This document shows positions 1-12,000 of a DNA stretch of 64,000 bases, in pieces. Source of the DNA: an uncultured Oscillospiraceae bacterium. GTDB lineage: Bacteria; Bacillota; Clostridia; Oscillospirales; Oscillospiraceae. Made by a program: the position numbers and the translations under genes. The notes below the pieces were generated by a model, which did no database searches, had not been told where the DNA came from, and saw only the letters and a list, made by a program, of their open reading frames with translations. The stretch covers positions 116,887 to 180,886 of the forward strand of contig CAJUAS010000001.1 of NCBI GenBank assembly GCA_910584395.1, in the 5' to 3' direction. Every line of letters starts with the position of its first letter. Within the stretch, counting starts at the first letter, position 1.

Positions 1-3000
1 AGCGGACGCGCCCGATCCGGAGTTGATGCCCCAACCCTTATTGGCGGCATCCCAGCCCAAGACCTTTTGCGGGGTGGTATAGGTGCGGAAGGCGTCGCGG
101 CCTTGTGCGTCGGTAATGGTCGTCCAGTAACGAGTATAGTCATAACGGTTGCGGCAGGGGTTCGCGACGTTGTAGTTGTCGCGGTTGACGCTGGTGGCAA
201 TACCCAGCTGACCGTACATATTCGAGCCCCAAGCCCACACCGTGCCGTCCGCCTTCAGGGCGAGGGTGTGGTTGACGCCGGAGACCACCATGGGCGTGGC
301 GATGCCGCTGGAGGGATAGACCTCCACCTGCATGACGCTCTCGGCCACGCACTGATACCGGATGTTGCCGTTCTCATCGGTTTCGATCTCGCCGCGGTAG
401 TTCCGCACGGCCTCATAGGCGCGGAACACCACGGAGGTCTCGCCGTATTCGTTGCGTCCGGCGGCGCGGATGACCCAGTCGCCGCTGGCCGCGTCCTGAT
501 TGACCACCGCAATGGTGGGATCGGTCACGGTGACGGTGACAAAGTTGCTGCTCTTGTCATCCCGGATGGTAGCCGTACCCGTCAGGATGCGCTGGGTTGT
601 GCCGTTGGTGCCGGAGTAGATGATGTAGTTGTCCGCCTTGAGCCGCAGCTGCTGGCTGTCGTTCATGCGGTAACGCCACGCATTGGCGGTAGTGGCGTAG
701 GTGTTGGACTCGGTGACGGTCACCCGCTTGTCGGTGTCGCTGACGGTTTTGGCCACCACACCGTTGATAAGCTGGGAAGCGTCGGTGTTGGCGGCGGCGC
801 TTTCCGCCTCTACGGCGGGGCTGTTGTCCCCGGCGGCGGTGGTGTCGCCGTCCTTCTGGAGGATGGCGTTGGTGACATACACCGAGCCGTCATAACGGTA
901 ACCGCTGATGACGGGAGTGCTGTTCTCCACGCGGCCCAGATTGATCGTACCCAGCTGGAGGTAACGGTTGTTGCCCCAGCCCCAGACATAGCCGTCGTAA
1001 CGGATGGTAGAGGCGTGGTTGTAGCCCAGAGAGACGTACTTCACTTGGGTCAGATTGCCGGTCTGCTCAGTGACCTTATAGCCCTGAGTGTCCACGGTGG
1101 TGTCCTTCACGTCGCCCTGAGCGATGTGCTCCGCGGTCTCACCGTCCTGAGTAAAGAGCGGGTAGGTCACGTTGTGGGCCTTGGAGTTGCCATCGCCCAG
1201 CTGACCCAGATTGCCGTCGCCCCAAGCGTACAGCTCGGCGTTGGTGAGGTAGCTCTTGCCGTCCCACTTGTCGTCTGCACCCAGCACCTTCTTAATGCGG
1301 TTGATGGCGGCGGAGGTGTTTACACCGGCCTCCACGGCCTTGACGCCGTAGAGGTGAGACTGCTTGACGATGGTGATCACGCCGTCGTCGTCCGTGGTGG
1401 TCACGGGGGCGGCATACTGCAGGGTCGGTTCGTAATAGGTTCCGCTGGTGGTGTAATCCCCCGTCAGGGACTTCTTGTCGGTGCTCAGCTTCGCCGGGCC
1501 TTGTGTGAGCTGGTAGTTGCTGTTCGAGCCCCAGCCCCAGACCTTCTGCTGGGCGGCCTCCAGCTCTTCCTCGGTGAGGCTGCTGTCGTTGATGACAATA
1601 CTCTGAATGGCCAGCATATGGCGGTGGCCCACGGCGATAGAGGACACGTTGGTGAGGTAGTTGCCGTCGGTCATGGCGTTGCCCTTGAGCACCTGCGTGG
1701 GTGCGCCGATGGGCTTTTCGTTCGTGCCGATGCCCATCTGGCCAAAGTCGTTGCGACCCCAAGTCCACACCGTGCCGTCGCCCTTCAGAGCGGCGGAGGT
1801 GTCACCGCCGGCGGAGATCATCACCACGTTGCCGATGTGGCCTTCGCCGCGGTCGCCCAGAACCTTGACAGGGGTGCTGTTGGTGTCGACCCACTTGGTG
1901 GGCAGGGTCTCGCGGCCCAACTGACCGTAGTGGTTATAGCCCCAAGCCCAGACCTCGCCGCCGGTGGTCAGGGCGAGGGTGTGGTATTCGCCGGCGGCCA
2001 CGGCCATGATGACCACGTCTTCGCCGTTCTCCTGAATGGTGACCTTCCGGGCCAGCGAGGAATAGCTCACCGCGCCGGTGTCATAGCCCAACTGGCCGAA
2101 GTTGTTGCGGCCCCAAGTCCAGACGTAGCCTTCCTTATCCAGCGCCACCATGTGATCGTAGCCGGCAGCGATCTGGCTGATCTTGTTGTTGTCCCTGTCG
2201 CCCAGATACTCCGTGGGAATGCCGTTGGCGTTGGTCGCAATGGCCACCTTCTGCGGGTTGGCCACGCTGGTGGCGGAGTAGGCGGTGGCGTGGGGATTGC
2301 TGGGATCAAGGCTGCTCTGTGCCACGGAAGTGCCGTCGCTGTTCACAGTCACGGAGGAGGGATTCGTGCCCAGATTGGTCAGAGTGGAGGTGTTCACGTT
2401 GCGCGTGCCGCCCAGATTGCCCTGACCCAGAATGCCGTAGACGTTGTCGCCCCAGACCCAGACGTTGCCCTCGGTGGTGTTCATGGCGGAGTAGTTGCGG
2501 CCCGCCACGGTCTTAGGCACGATCTGGTCGCTGGAGGGCTGGAGGTCGATATCCAGAGAGAATACGTAGTTGCCGGTGACCACCATATCGGGGATGTGCG
2601 TCCCGGTAAGGTCATAGTCACCAAACACCTGCCAAATCTTACCGTCCCCGCTGCCTGCAGCAGTACCGGGGCCGTTGTTATAGGCCGCGCCCAAGGTCAG
2701 GGTGGTACGGCCGGTGAGGTAGTCAAACGGGTCGTCGATAAAGCTCTGGCTGTAGATCTCCGCCTTGTCCGCGCCGGAGTTCAGCACGTCCACCCGGGTA
2801 ATATCCGGGTTGGACATGACAGCGGCCCATTCCTCGCCCACGTTGGTGTGGTCGTAGGGCTTCGTCTCCACGCCGCCGCTCCACTTGTTGGAGTTGATGT
2901 CATGGTCGATGGGATAGAGGGAGAAGCCGGAGTTGTAGTGAAGGTGGGTGTTCTCCTTGTAAATGACCAGATGCTCGTTCGCGCCCAAGGTGATGAAGGG

Positions 3001-6000
3001 CGGCACAACGGGGGTGACGAGCGCGCCGGCATTTGCGCCGTAGTAGGAGGTGTGACCGGTGTAGTCGCTCTTCCACGCGCGGATGGGCTTGGTGGAATCC
3101 ACGGAGCTGCCGGAATAGGGAATGGCCTCCATGTAGTCCACCATCAGCTCCAGAGACTCACGTGCGCCGGCCTGACTGGGCAGAACGAGGTAGGTGCTGA
3201 CAAGGTTAGACAACTGGCCCAAAATGGTGTCGCCGTTGGGCGTGGTGGCGTTGTTGCCCCAGCCCCAGACGTAGCCGAACATTCCGTCCAGCACGCCGTC
3301 GTTCTTGTGATCCGTGCCCGTCTTGTAGTAGAGGGCGGTGGCCATCATGTGGTACGGGCCGGCGACGATGTTGTAGACGCCCTCCAAATAGAGGTAATCG
3401 TCGTTATACTCCTCATAACCGCCCTTGCGGGTGCGGACGGGCAGGTAGCTGGCGTTAGTCGCGCCATTGCCCAACTGGCCGCGGTCGTTGATACCGAAGG
3501 CGTAGGAGTGGGACAGCTCGGTCAGAGCGTCGTTGGCATAGCGCACCGCGCGCATACCGGTATACCCGATACCCGCGCTCAGCTCCACGATGGTCTCGTG
3601 GGCGTCGGTCACAAGCTGCTCCTCAACCTCCCTGTAGACGCTGCGGCCGTTTTCGTCCTTCTTGACGGTGACGCCGTCGGCCTCCGTCTCGATGACCAGA
3701 CCGATGACCTTATTGTTGTTCGCACCCATGGCATCGTCGCTGCCGTGGAACACCAGCGTGGGTACTTTGTGGATGCCCGCTGTATTTAGGCCCATCTCGC
3801 CGTTGGCGGTGTTTGAGCCGACGCCGTAGACGTGGTTGCCCTTGGTGAGCAGCATGGTATGGTGGTCGCCCAGCGCGGCGCCGACCACATGATAGAAGAA
3901 TTCGTTGGTCTGGTAGAAGGTCTCCACCACGGGATCGTTGATCGTACCCACAGGGTAGTTCCGGCTGGAGATGATGCGGGTGGTGGTGCTCTTCGTAAGG
4001 TCGGTGTTCTCGGTGTAGCGGTCTGCACGCATGGCGGTAGGCGCGGAGATATACGCCTTGGTAGCGGTCGCGGTGTCGGTATCGCCCTGCGTGTCCGTGC
4101 CCGTCTGGCCGGAGGTGTTGAGACCCCAAGTATACACCTGACCGTTGGCGCGGATGGCCGCGGCAGTATACATTCCCGCCTCGATATCCACCACGTGGGC
4201 CAAATAGCTGTACGGGGTGTTTTCGTTCTTGTTGAAGGAGCTGTTGTAGTCCATCGGCCCGGCGGCCATACCAGCGGCCACGCGGCGCGGGGTGGACTTA
4301 TAGTCGGTCGTGCCGTCGGCAATGGCGAAGTCGCGGCCCAACTGGCCGTAGCTGTTGTCGCCCCATGCCCAGACGTAGCCTTCGTTGTCCAGCGCCATGG
4401 AGAACTTGTTCCCCGCGGCCACAGCCACGATGAACACGGGCTTCTCCGCATTGGGATAAGCCAGATTGACCTTTACAGGCTTGTTGGAGGTAGTGGTCGT
4501 GCCGTTGCCCAGCTGGCCGCGGTCGTTGAGACCCCAAGCCCACACTGCGCCGTAGCTGTCCACCGCCAAGGTGTGGTCGCCGCCGGCGGCGATGTCCACG
4601 ATGTCGTGGAGATAGGGATAGGCGTTGGCCGTGGTCACGTCCGCGCCGCAAGTCCAGCACTTCAGCGTGCCGCCGGCGGCGTCGATGGCCCGGTCGTCAT
4701 ACACCCGTCCGCAGTTGCCGCAGGTATGTGCGCCGCTCTGGGCGCCGGCCACCACCTGAACGGGGTATGCCCTGCGCTCCAGCGTGCCGCCGTCGCCCAG
4801 TTGGCCGGACGTGCCCTGACCCCAGACCCAGACTGTGCCGTCGGGGCGCAGAACCAGAGAGTGGTAGTTGCCCGCCTCGATCTTGGAGACGGTCACGCTG
4901 CCCTTGGTGGCCTTGTTGGTGTCCTTGACGTAGACAATGAACTGATCCACATAGCGGTAGTTGACCTTGGTGGTGGGATGCGTGTACTCATAGGTCAGCA
5001 CCACGGCGGTAGAGCCGAACTTGTCGGGATGGACGGCGTAGAAGACGATGTCCGTCCCCTGCCATTCATAGCGCAGCAGGCTCTTGTCCACGATATCCAC
5101 ACGCAGGGTGGTCTTGCTGACCACACTGTCGGCCTGACTCTGCGTATTACCGTACAGATACTTCATGGAAGAGCCGGGATAGAACACGTTGAAGCCGTTA
5201 TACTCCTTCAGCCGGAGGTTTCTGGTGTCCAGACGGTACGGATTGTCCTGATCCACCACATGGCGGGTGTTGATGGTGTTGGCCAGAATGGCGGAATTGC
5301 TGTTGAAGTTGGTGCCGCTGTACTCCACCACCATGCTCTCCTCGCGGATGCCGGTGCGGATGGGGGTGTCGCTGTTCTCGGCGCGGCCGTCGCCCAGCGT
5401 GCCCGACGTACCCTTGCCGAAGCTGTAAACGTAGCCGTCCTCGCCCAGAACCGCCGTGTGGTTGCGGCCCGCAGCCGCTTGGAAGGTGGTGTAGGCGAAG
5501 TTGTCGAAGTAAGTCTCATAGACCAGCCGCGTGCCGTCCTCCTGAACGGGGCGGTTATAGTCGGCCAAGATGTAACCCTCCACCTTGGCTACGCCGGGCT
5601 GGGTCTCTCCAATGCCCAACTCGTTGTTGGTGTTGTTGCCCCAGACGTACAGTTCGTTGTTCCACTTGGCCTCGGTGCCGCGGTTGAAGGTGACGGTCTT
5701 GGTCGAGCCGTCCGCCGCCTTGTAGGTGCCGGTGACCGTGGTATACACGGGGCTTTCGTCATAATAAGTGTGGGTCTTGGTGCAGGCGTTCTCCTGAAGG
5801 ATGGTATCGCCGTTTTCATCCGTGCCGGTGGAGATACAGTCATACTCATGGGCAATCTGCGGGGTCTTGAGATCGCCGATGCGGAAGACATGGTCGCCGT
5901 CGGCGTCGGTATAGGTGTAGGTGTTGGACTTCTGCGCCGTGGCGTGGGTGCCGCCGGCAGAGACCGCCACCACATTGGTCAAGCCGGAGACCAGCACGGG

Positions 6001-9000
6001 AATGGAGCTGTGCTGGTTGCCTGCCGTGCCGTTGCCAAGCTGGCCCTGCGCGTCAGAGCCCCAAGCAAACACCGTGCCGTTGCGGGCCAGAGCCACGGTG
6101 AAGTTGCTGCCCGCGGACAGGCTGCTCATGTTGGTGATACCGATGTCACCGCCATAGGTGAACTCGTCTCTCTCCGCCGTGTTCTTCACGGTGTCTGCGG
6201 TGGAGCGGGTCTCTTGGTCGCCGTTGCCCAGCTGGCCATCGGCGTTATAGCCCCAAGCCAGAATGATGCCGTCGGAACGGATCGCCAAGCCGTGGTTCGC
6301 GCCGGCGGCGATATCGGAAATGCTGGTCATGTTGTTGCCGCCCTTGTAGCCAAGGACGCGGGTGGGGGCAATACGGTTCTGCCATGTGTTGTTGCCCAAC
6401 TGGCCCTTGTCGTTGATACCCCAAGCACAGACGCTGCCGCCGTTACCGAGGGCCATAGCGAACTCGTCGCCGGCGGACACGCGCACGATGCCGCTCAGGA
6501 CGCCGCTCTCGCCGTCCAGATTGGCCACCAGCGTGGGGGTGGGCACAGCCAGCGTGCCCTTGTTGATGCCCAACTGGCCGGAGGTGTTGAGACCCCAAGC
6601 ATACACATTGCCCTTATCGGTGACCGCCATGGCGAACGCGCCGCCGGCCGCCACATAGGAGATGGTCTCGCCGGCCGGGATCTGGACACGGACGGGGGCG
6701 TTACGCACCGCGCCGTTGCCGTTGTTGTCCACAACGGTGTTGGTGGTGCGGTCCATGGCCTCGCCGGTACCCAACTGGCCGTAGTTGTTGGCGCCCCAAG
6801 CCCAGACCGTACCATCGGAGCGGAGGGCCACGGTGAAGTCGTTGCCCGCCGCCAGCATAGGCACAGCCTTCGCCCCGTCGTCCAGCACGGCCGCCAGCAG
6901 AGAGCCGGAGTACACGTCGCCGTTAGGCAGGGTGATGTTAAAGGTAATGGTGGCTCGGCCAAAGACCTCGTTGTCGGTGGGCTCCATGTTCCAAACGCCG
7001 TCCTTGGTGCGCCAGACCTTCACCACGTCGGGGTTGGAGGAGGTCATCATCACGTGGTTGCCGTAGACGTTGGAAATGTCGATATCGCTGTAGAGGTTGA
7101 AGCCCTTGTAGTTGATCTGGAGCATTGCCCCGTCCTTCCAAGGCATCTCATAGCGGTAGCCATGCTTCAAGACCACCTCAACAGGCGGCTTCATATCGGG
7201 CGTATCGGCGTTGTACTCGGCGATCTTCTTGCCCGTCTCATCATAGAGAGCGGAGCGCTGGATCTCCAAGCTCTTATAGGGCAGCGGGCCGGTACGGGTG
7301 GGATAGTAGGCGGGGTCGTCCTCATAGTCGCCCACCTGACTGTATTTGCCTTCGCCCCAGATATACTCGTAGCCTTCATGGTTGATGGCAGCGGAGTGGT
7401 TATAGCCGGCGGCGAAGCCCTGAGCCCGGGCAAAGTAACCGGCGGTGACGGTGGTATCCAGCATGATCCCCGGGTTGGTGCTGTCGGGCACCTTGTAAAG
7501 GATATTCTTCATATCCATATCAAAGATAGCTACGTTGCTGTTTTCGCCGTCAAACACCCGCTGGAGGGCGCGGTAAGTCCCGCCGAAGCCGGTGCGCTTG
7601 TTGTCCTCGGTGCGGCCCAACTGACCGATGGTGTTGTCGCCCCAAGAGTAGATGTCCCCTTCTTCGGTGTCCAGCAGGGAGAACGTGCCGCCCGCCTGAA
7701 CATGGGAGATGAACAGCGTGCCGCGGCCCTTGCCGCTGACACTCCAATAGGGCGTTCCGTCGTCCTTCGTGCCGGACATCATCCAGCCGTCCACCCACTG
7801 GCCGGCGGCATCGGTGTAGCCCACGCCCACCGGAGCGGTGCTGGTGGAGTTCAGGGTCATGGCCGTACCGTCGGGCAGGTCGCGGATGTACGCCAGCGCC
7901 TGCAGCTTGGAGACCATGATCTTCTCCTCATCAGAGAATTCGTTGCGGCGGTTGGTGGGATAGCTTCCGAAGTAGTCCACCATCAGCGCGTAGAGGTTCT
8001 CGATGGCATACGCGCCGCCGTTGATGTCCGTCTCGGCAATGGGGGCGGCCAGACCGGCGGCCACCGTCGCGGTGTCGCGGCCGAGCTGCTCGCTGGACTC
8101 GCTGCCAACGGTCAGGTTGGTGCCCCAAGTATAGACCGTGTTGCTCTTACGCAGGCCGGTGGCAACGTCGTAATCGCCGCGCAGGGCCACGGCGTGGTTC
8201 TGGCCCATATCCAGCTCCACGATCTGATTAAGCTGGGTGCCCACCTCGACCACATAGAGATCCACGTCGTTCTCATTCTTGTGGGGATCAATGGGCTTGC
8301 CGTCCGTACCCGTGACAGAATTGTCCAGCGTACCCTTGCTGGTAAAGCCGGCGAGATCGGTCTGCACGCCGTGGGCGCCCTGAATTCCACGGCCGGTGGT
8401 GTTGCCCAGAAGCTGCTTGCTGTTCGAGCCCCAAGCAAAGACCTTGCCGTCGCTGCGGAGGATGGCGGAAGCCCCCTCCACGGCGGACGCGCCGGAAGCG
8501 GAGACGGAAATGGCGTTATTGAGCCAGTAGCCCTCGCCCACGCTGCCCGCCTGACGGACGAACTGGGGCGCAAGAGACCGGGCCACGCTGTTGTTGGGAT
8601 CGCCGGCCTGTCCGCGGTAGGTATTGCCCCAAGCAAGGACGGTGCCATCCTTCAGCAGGGCGATGGAGTGGTCATAGCCTGCCGCCACATCCACCACACC
8701 GGTGAGATAATGTTCTGCGCCGAGGGTCACGCCCGCAGGCAGGTCGGCGGCGGAGGCGATGTGGGTGCGGGTCTTGTCCTCGTTGTCCACATAGTAGCCC
8801 TGCGCGCCGTCGGTGTAGTAACGGCGGTCGTCGCTGCCCATTGCATACCAATAGGGGCTGTCCCCTGCCAGCACGCGGGTGGGATACTTATAGTAGTCGG
8901 TGTTGCCCGAACCGACCTGACCATAGGAGTTATAACCCCAAGCGTACACGTTGCCGTAGGCGTCCACGGCCAAGGTGTGGCCGCCGGCGCCGGTGGTCTC

Positions 9001-12000
9001 CTGATAGCTCTGGTTGACCGACATCTTCATGATGGCGGGGTTATGATAGATGCCCGCGCCCAAGCGGCCGCGGCCTTCCACGCCAGCGACCTGCGTGGGG
9101 GTAATAATGCGTACAGAGTCGCGCTCCTTGCTGTCGTCCACCTCGGCGGGCGGCTCTGCTCCCACCAGCGTCACATTTGCTCCGGTGAAGATCCCGGTCT
9201 GGCGCAGCTGCTCCAGACGGGAGGAATCGAGGGCGTCGTTCCCCTCCTCGTCCGTTGTCCGCTCCAGCTGGATGTTCACCCGGCGCAGCGCGCTGCTCGC
9301 ATAAGGCGCATTGGTATAGGCGTCAGCCGTGAAGGAGGACGCCAGCATAGCCCCGGCAGCCGGGATGTCGGTGTTGAAATTGATGGTCTGGATCTTGCTG
9401 CCTTGGAACGCCCCCACGCGAATGGCCTTGTACCCCTCGGAGATGGTGAGGATGGTGGCGTTGCCGTCGGCAAAGCGGTTGCCCGTGCTGGACGCGTCAT
9501 AATCCACCAAGAACACCGGCACACTGGCCACGCCGCTCAGCAGAGTGAGAGGATCGCCGGTAAAGACAGAGGTGTAATCGCTCTCTGTCAGGGTGGTGGG
9601 CAGGATCAGCTCGGAAGCGGCCTTGCCTTGGGCCGTGAGGCCCGTAATGACCGCCACGCCGGGATAACGGTTGTCGTAGGCGTTGGGGTCGGAGGGATCG
9701 TTGTTGACCCGCAGGGCGTCGATCATCGCCTGATAGAACGCAATGGTGTTCTTGTGCGGCTCCAGATCGGCGCGGGCCTTCAAATGAGCGCTCTGGGCAG
9801 CATCCAAGTTGGCGCGCAGAGTCTGGAAGCGGCCCGCGTCCAGCGCACGCAGAGTGTTGGCGGTGTCCACTGCGCCGCTGAAGTCGCTGGAGCTGTCCAG
9901 AAGGGTGTCCAGCGTCTTCATTGCCGCGTCGGCGCTTCGCAACGTGTCCAGCACCGTATTGCCCACGTTCTTGGTGTTCATATCGTAGCGCACGGTGTAC
10001 TCAAACCGGGTGCGCAGTCTCATTCCGGCGGGGAACACGGGGTTGTCGCCTGTGGTGTCCACGCCGGTGATGGCAGTGTAGTCGGTGACGGAGGGATCCA
10101 CCGTCAGCTCCCCGTTCACCCCGGTGAGCGCGTCGATGCGCCCCTGAATGGCGGCGAGACTGCTGCCCAGAGTGGCCAAGTTACTCATAAGGTCGCCGAA
10201 CTCTTCCTTGGTGGGCATATCGCCCATGCTCTGAAGCTGGGTGCGGGTGAGCCGGTAAGCCGCCACCCGGGCGTCCAACTCCGCCTTCAGGCCGGTCTTA
10301 CTGTTGGAGAGCTTTTCAATCAGCTCGTCTATGGTGGGAATGCCCGCATAGGTGTTGAAGGTCGCCACGCTCTGGTCGATGATGGCCTTGGCGGCGTCAG
10401 TTTCGGTCTCCAAAGCGTCAATGGCATTGATCAGTCCGTTGCGGCTGTTCACCCAATCCGCCTGATCCAGCGCGTTCTGGGCGTTCTTCAGTGCGCTGGC
10501 GGCGGCGTTGGCAATGGACTCCAAGCTGGTGGGGTCGGTGGCATCGCCGATGGCAGCCTTGGCGTCCAGAATAGCCTGATCCATCTTGCCGGTCGCGCCG
10601 GGAATGTAGGTGTCCGCAGGATAGAACTTCCAAGTAAAGTAGCTGGCGGGGGACTTCTTCGTCTCTTCCGCCACGTCCGCGCTCTGGGTAGACAGGCCCA
10701 GATTGCCGTTGCGGTTGTCGCCCCAAGCCCAAACCGTACCGTTGCGCTTGATGGCATAAGAGGTGTTGTAGCCGGTATACACCCGCTCCACGGAGACGAT
10801 GGCGTCGCCGTCCTCGTTGGTGCCCTCGCCCACGACCGTGACCTTGAAGGAGCCCCAATAGCCGTTGACCTTGTCCACCACCACGATGGTGGCCGTGCCG
10901 TAACGGGCGTAGTGCTCCCCGGCGATCTGGCCGGTGGGGGTGATGACCACGCCCACGTTGCGCGTTTCCTTCTTGCCGTCCACGGTGACCTCTTCGGTCT
11001 TGTTGCTCACCTGAACGATGGACTCGTCGGAAGAGAAGTAGGTAAAGCGGTTGGCATAGTCGGCCACGCTGGCCACTTCCTTCTCGGCCACGGCGGTTTC
11101 GGCGTTGCGGATGGTGCGCTCCCAGTGGAGGTTATAGCCCTTGTAGGTCTCCTCCACGATGGACTTGGCGTCCACTGTCAGCACCTGACCGGCGGTCATG
11201 TGGACATCCACAGGCAGCTCGCCCATGTAGATGCCGTCGTCGCCGCGCGTCTCGCCCACCATCAGGGTGTCGGAGGTCTCAAAGAACTGCTTGCGGCCGC
11301 GGTTGTCGTTGGCGGGATTCTTGACGGCGTTGGGGTCGGTGTTGGTGGTGTCCGTCAGCGAGCCGTTGGTGATCTGGAGGAGGTTGCCCGCCTGCGCGCC
11401 CACCAGCGCGGGCTCGCCGATGGAGAGCCCGTCGGAGTGCATCGTGCCGCCGGTGGCAAGGTTGCCCGTCTGGCCGTTGGTGTTCGAGCCAACGCCGTAC
11501 ACATAGCCGTCCTCGGTGAGGAAGAAGGCGGTGTTGTTGCCGGCGGTCACGGCGGTCACATGGTCAAGGTAGTTCACATTCTCCACCGTGGCGTACGGGC
11601 CTTCGCCGCTGAGCACGCGGTTGATGTCGGGATCGGTGTTGCCGCTGCCGGCGGTGGGAACGACGTTGCGGCCCTCGGAGTGCCAGCGGCTCACGATCTT
11701 GCCGCCGCTGGTGTAGTTCCCGGCGGTGTTCGCGCCGTCGGCGCGGCCGCCGTAGAACTTGCCGCCCCAAGCGTACACGCCGGAGGTGTCCGCCGTGTCG
11801 TCCACCACCAGAGCGTACCCGGTGTTGTTACCGGCGGCGATGGCGACCACGCTGCCCGCAGTGCCCAGCTCCACCTCTACGGGGGTGGAGTGGTTTTCGT
11901 AGTAATAGTGGGGGAAGTATTCGTTGTTATGATCCTTATCGGAGCAGTTCGACCAAGTCTGACCGTAGCTGTAATTCGTGCCGCAGGGATAATCCTGATA

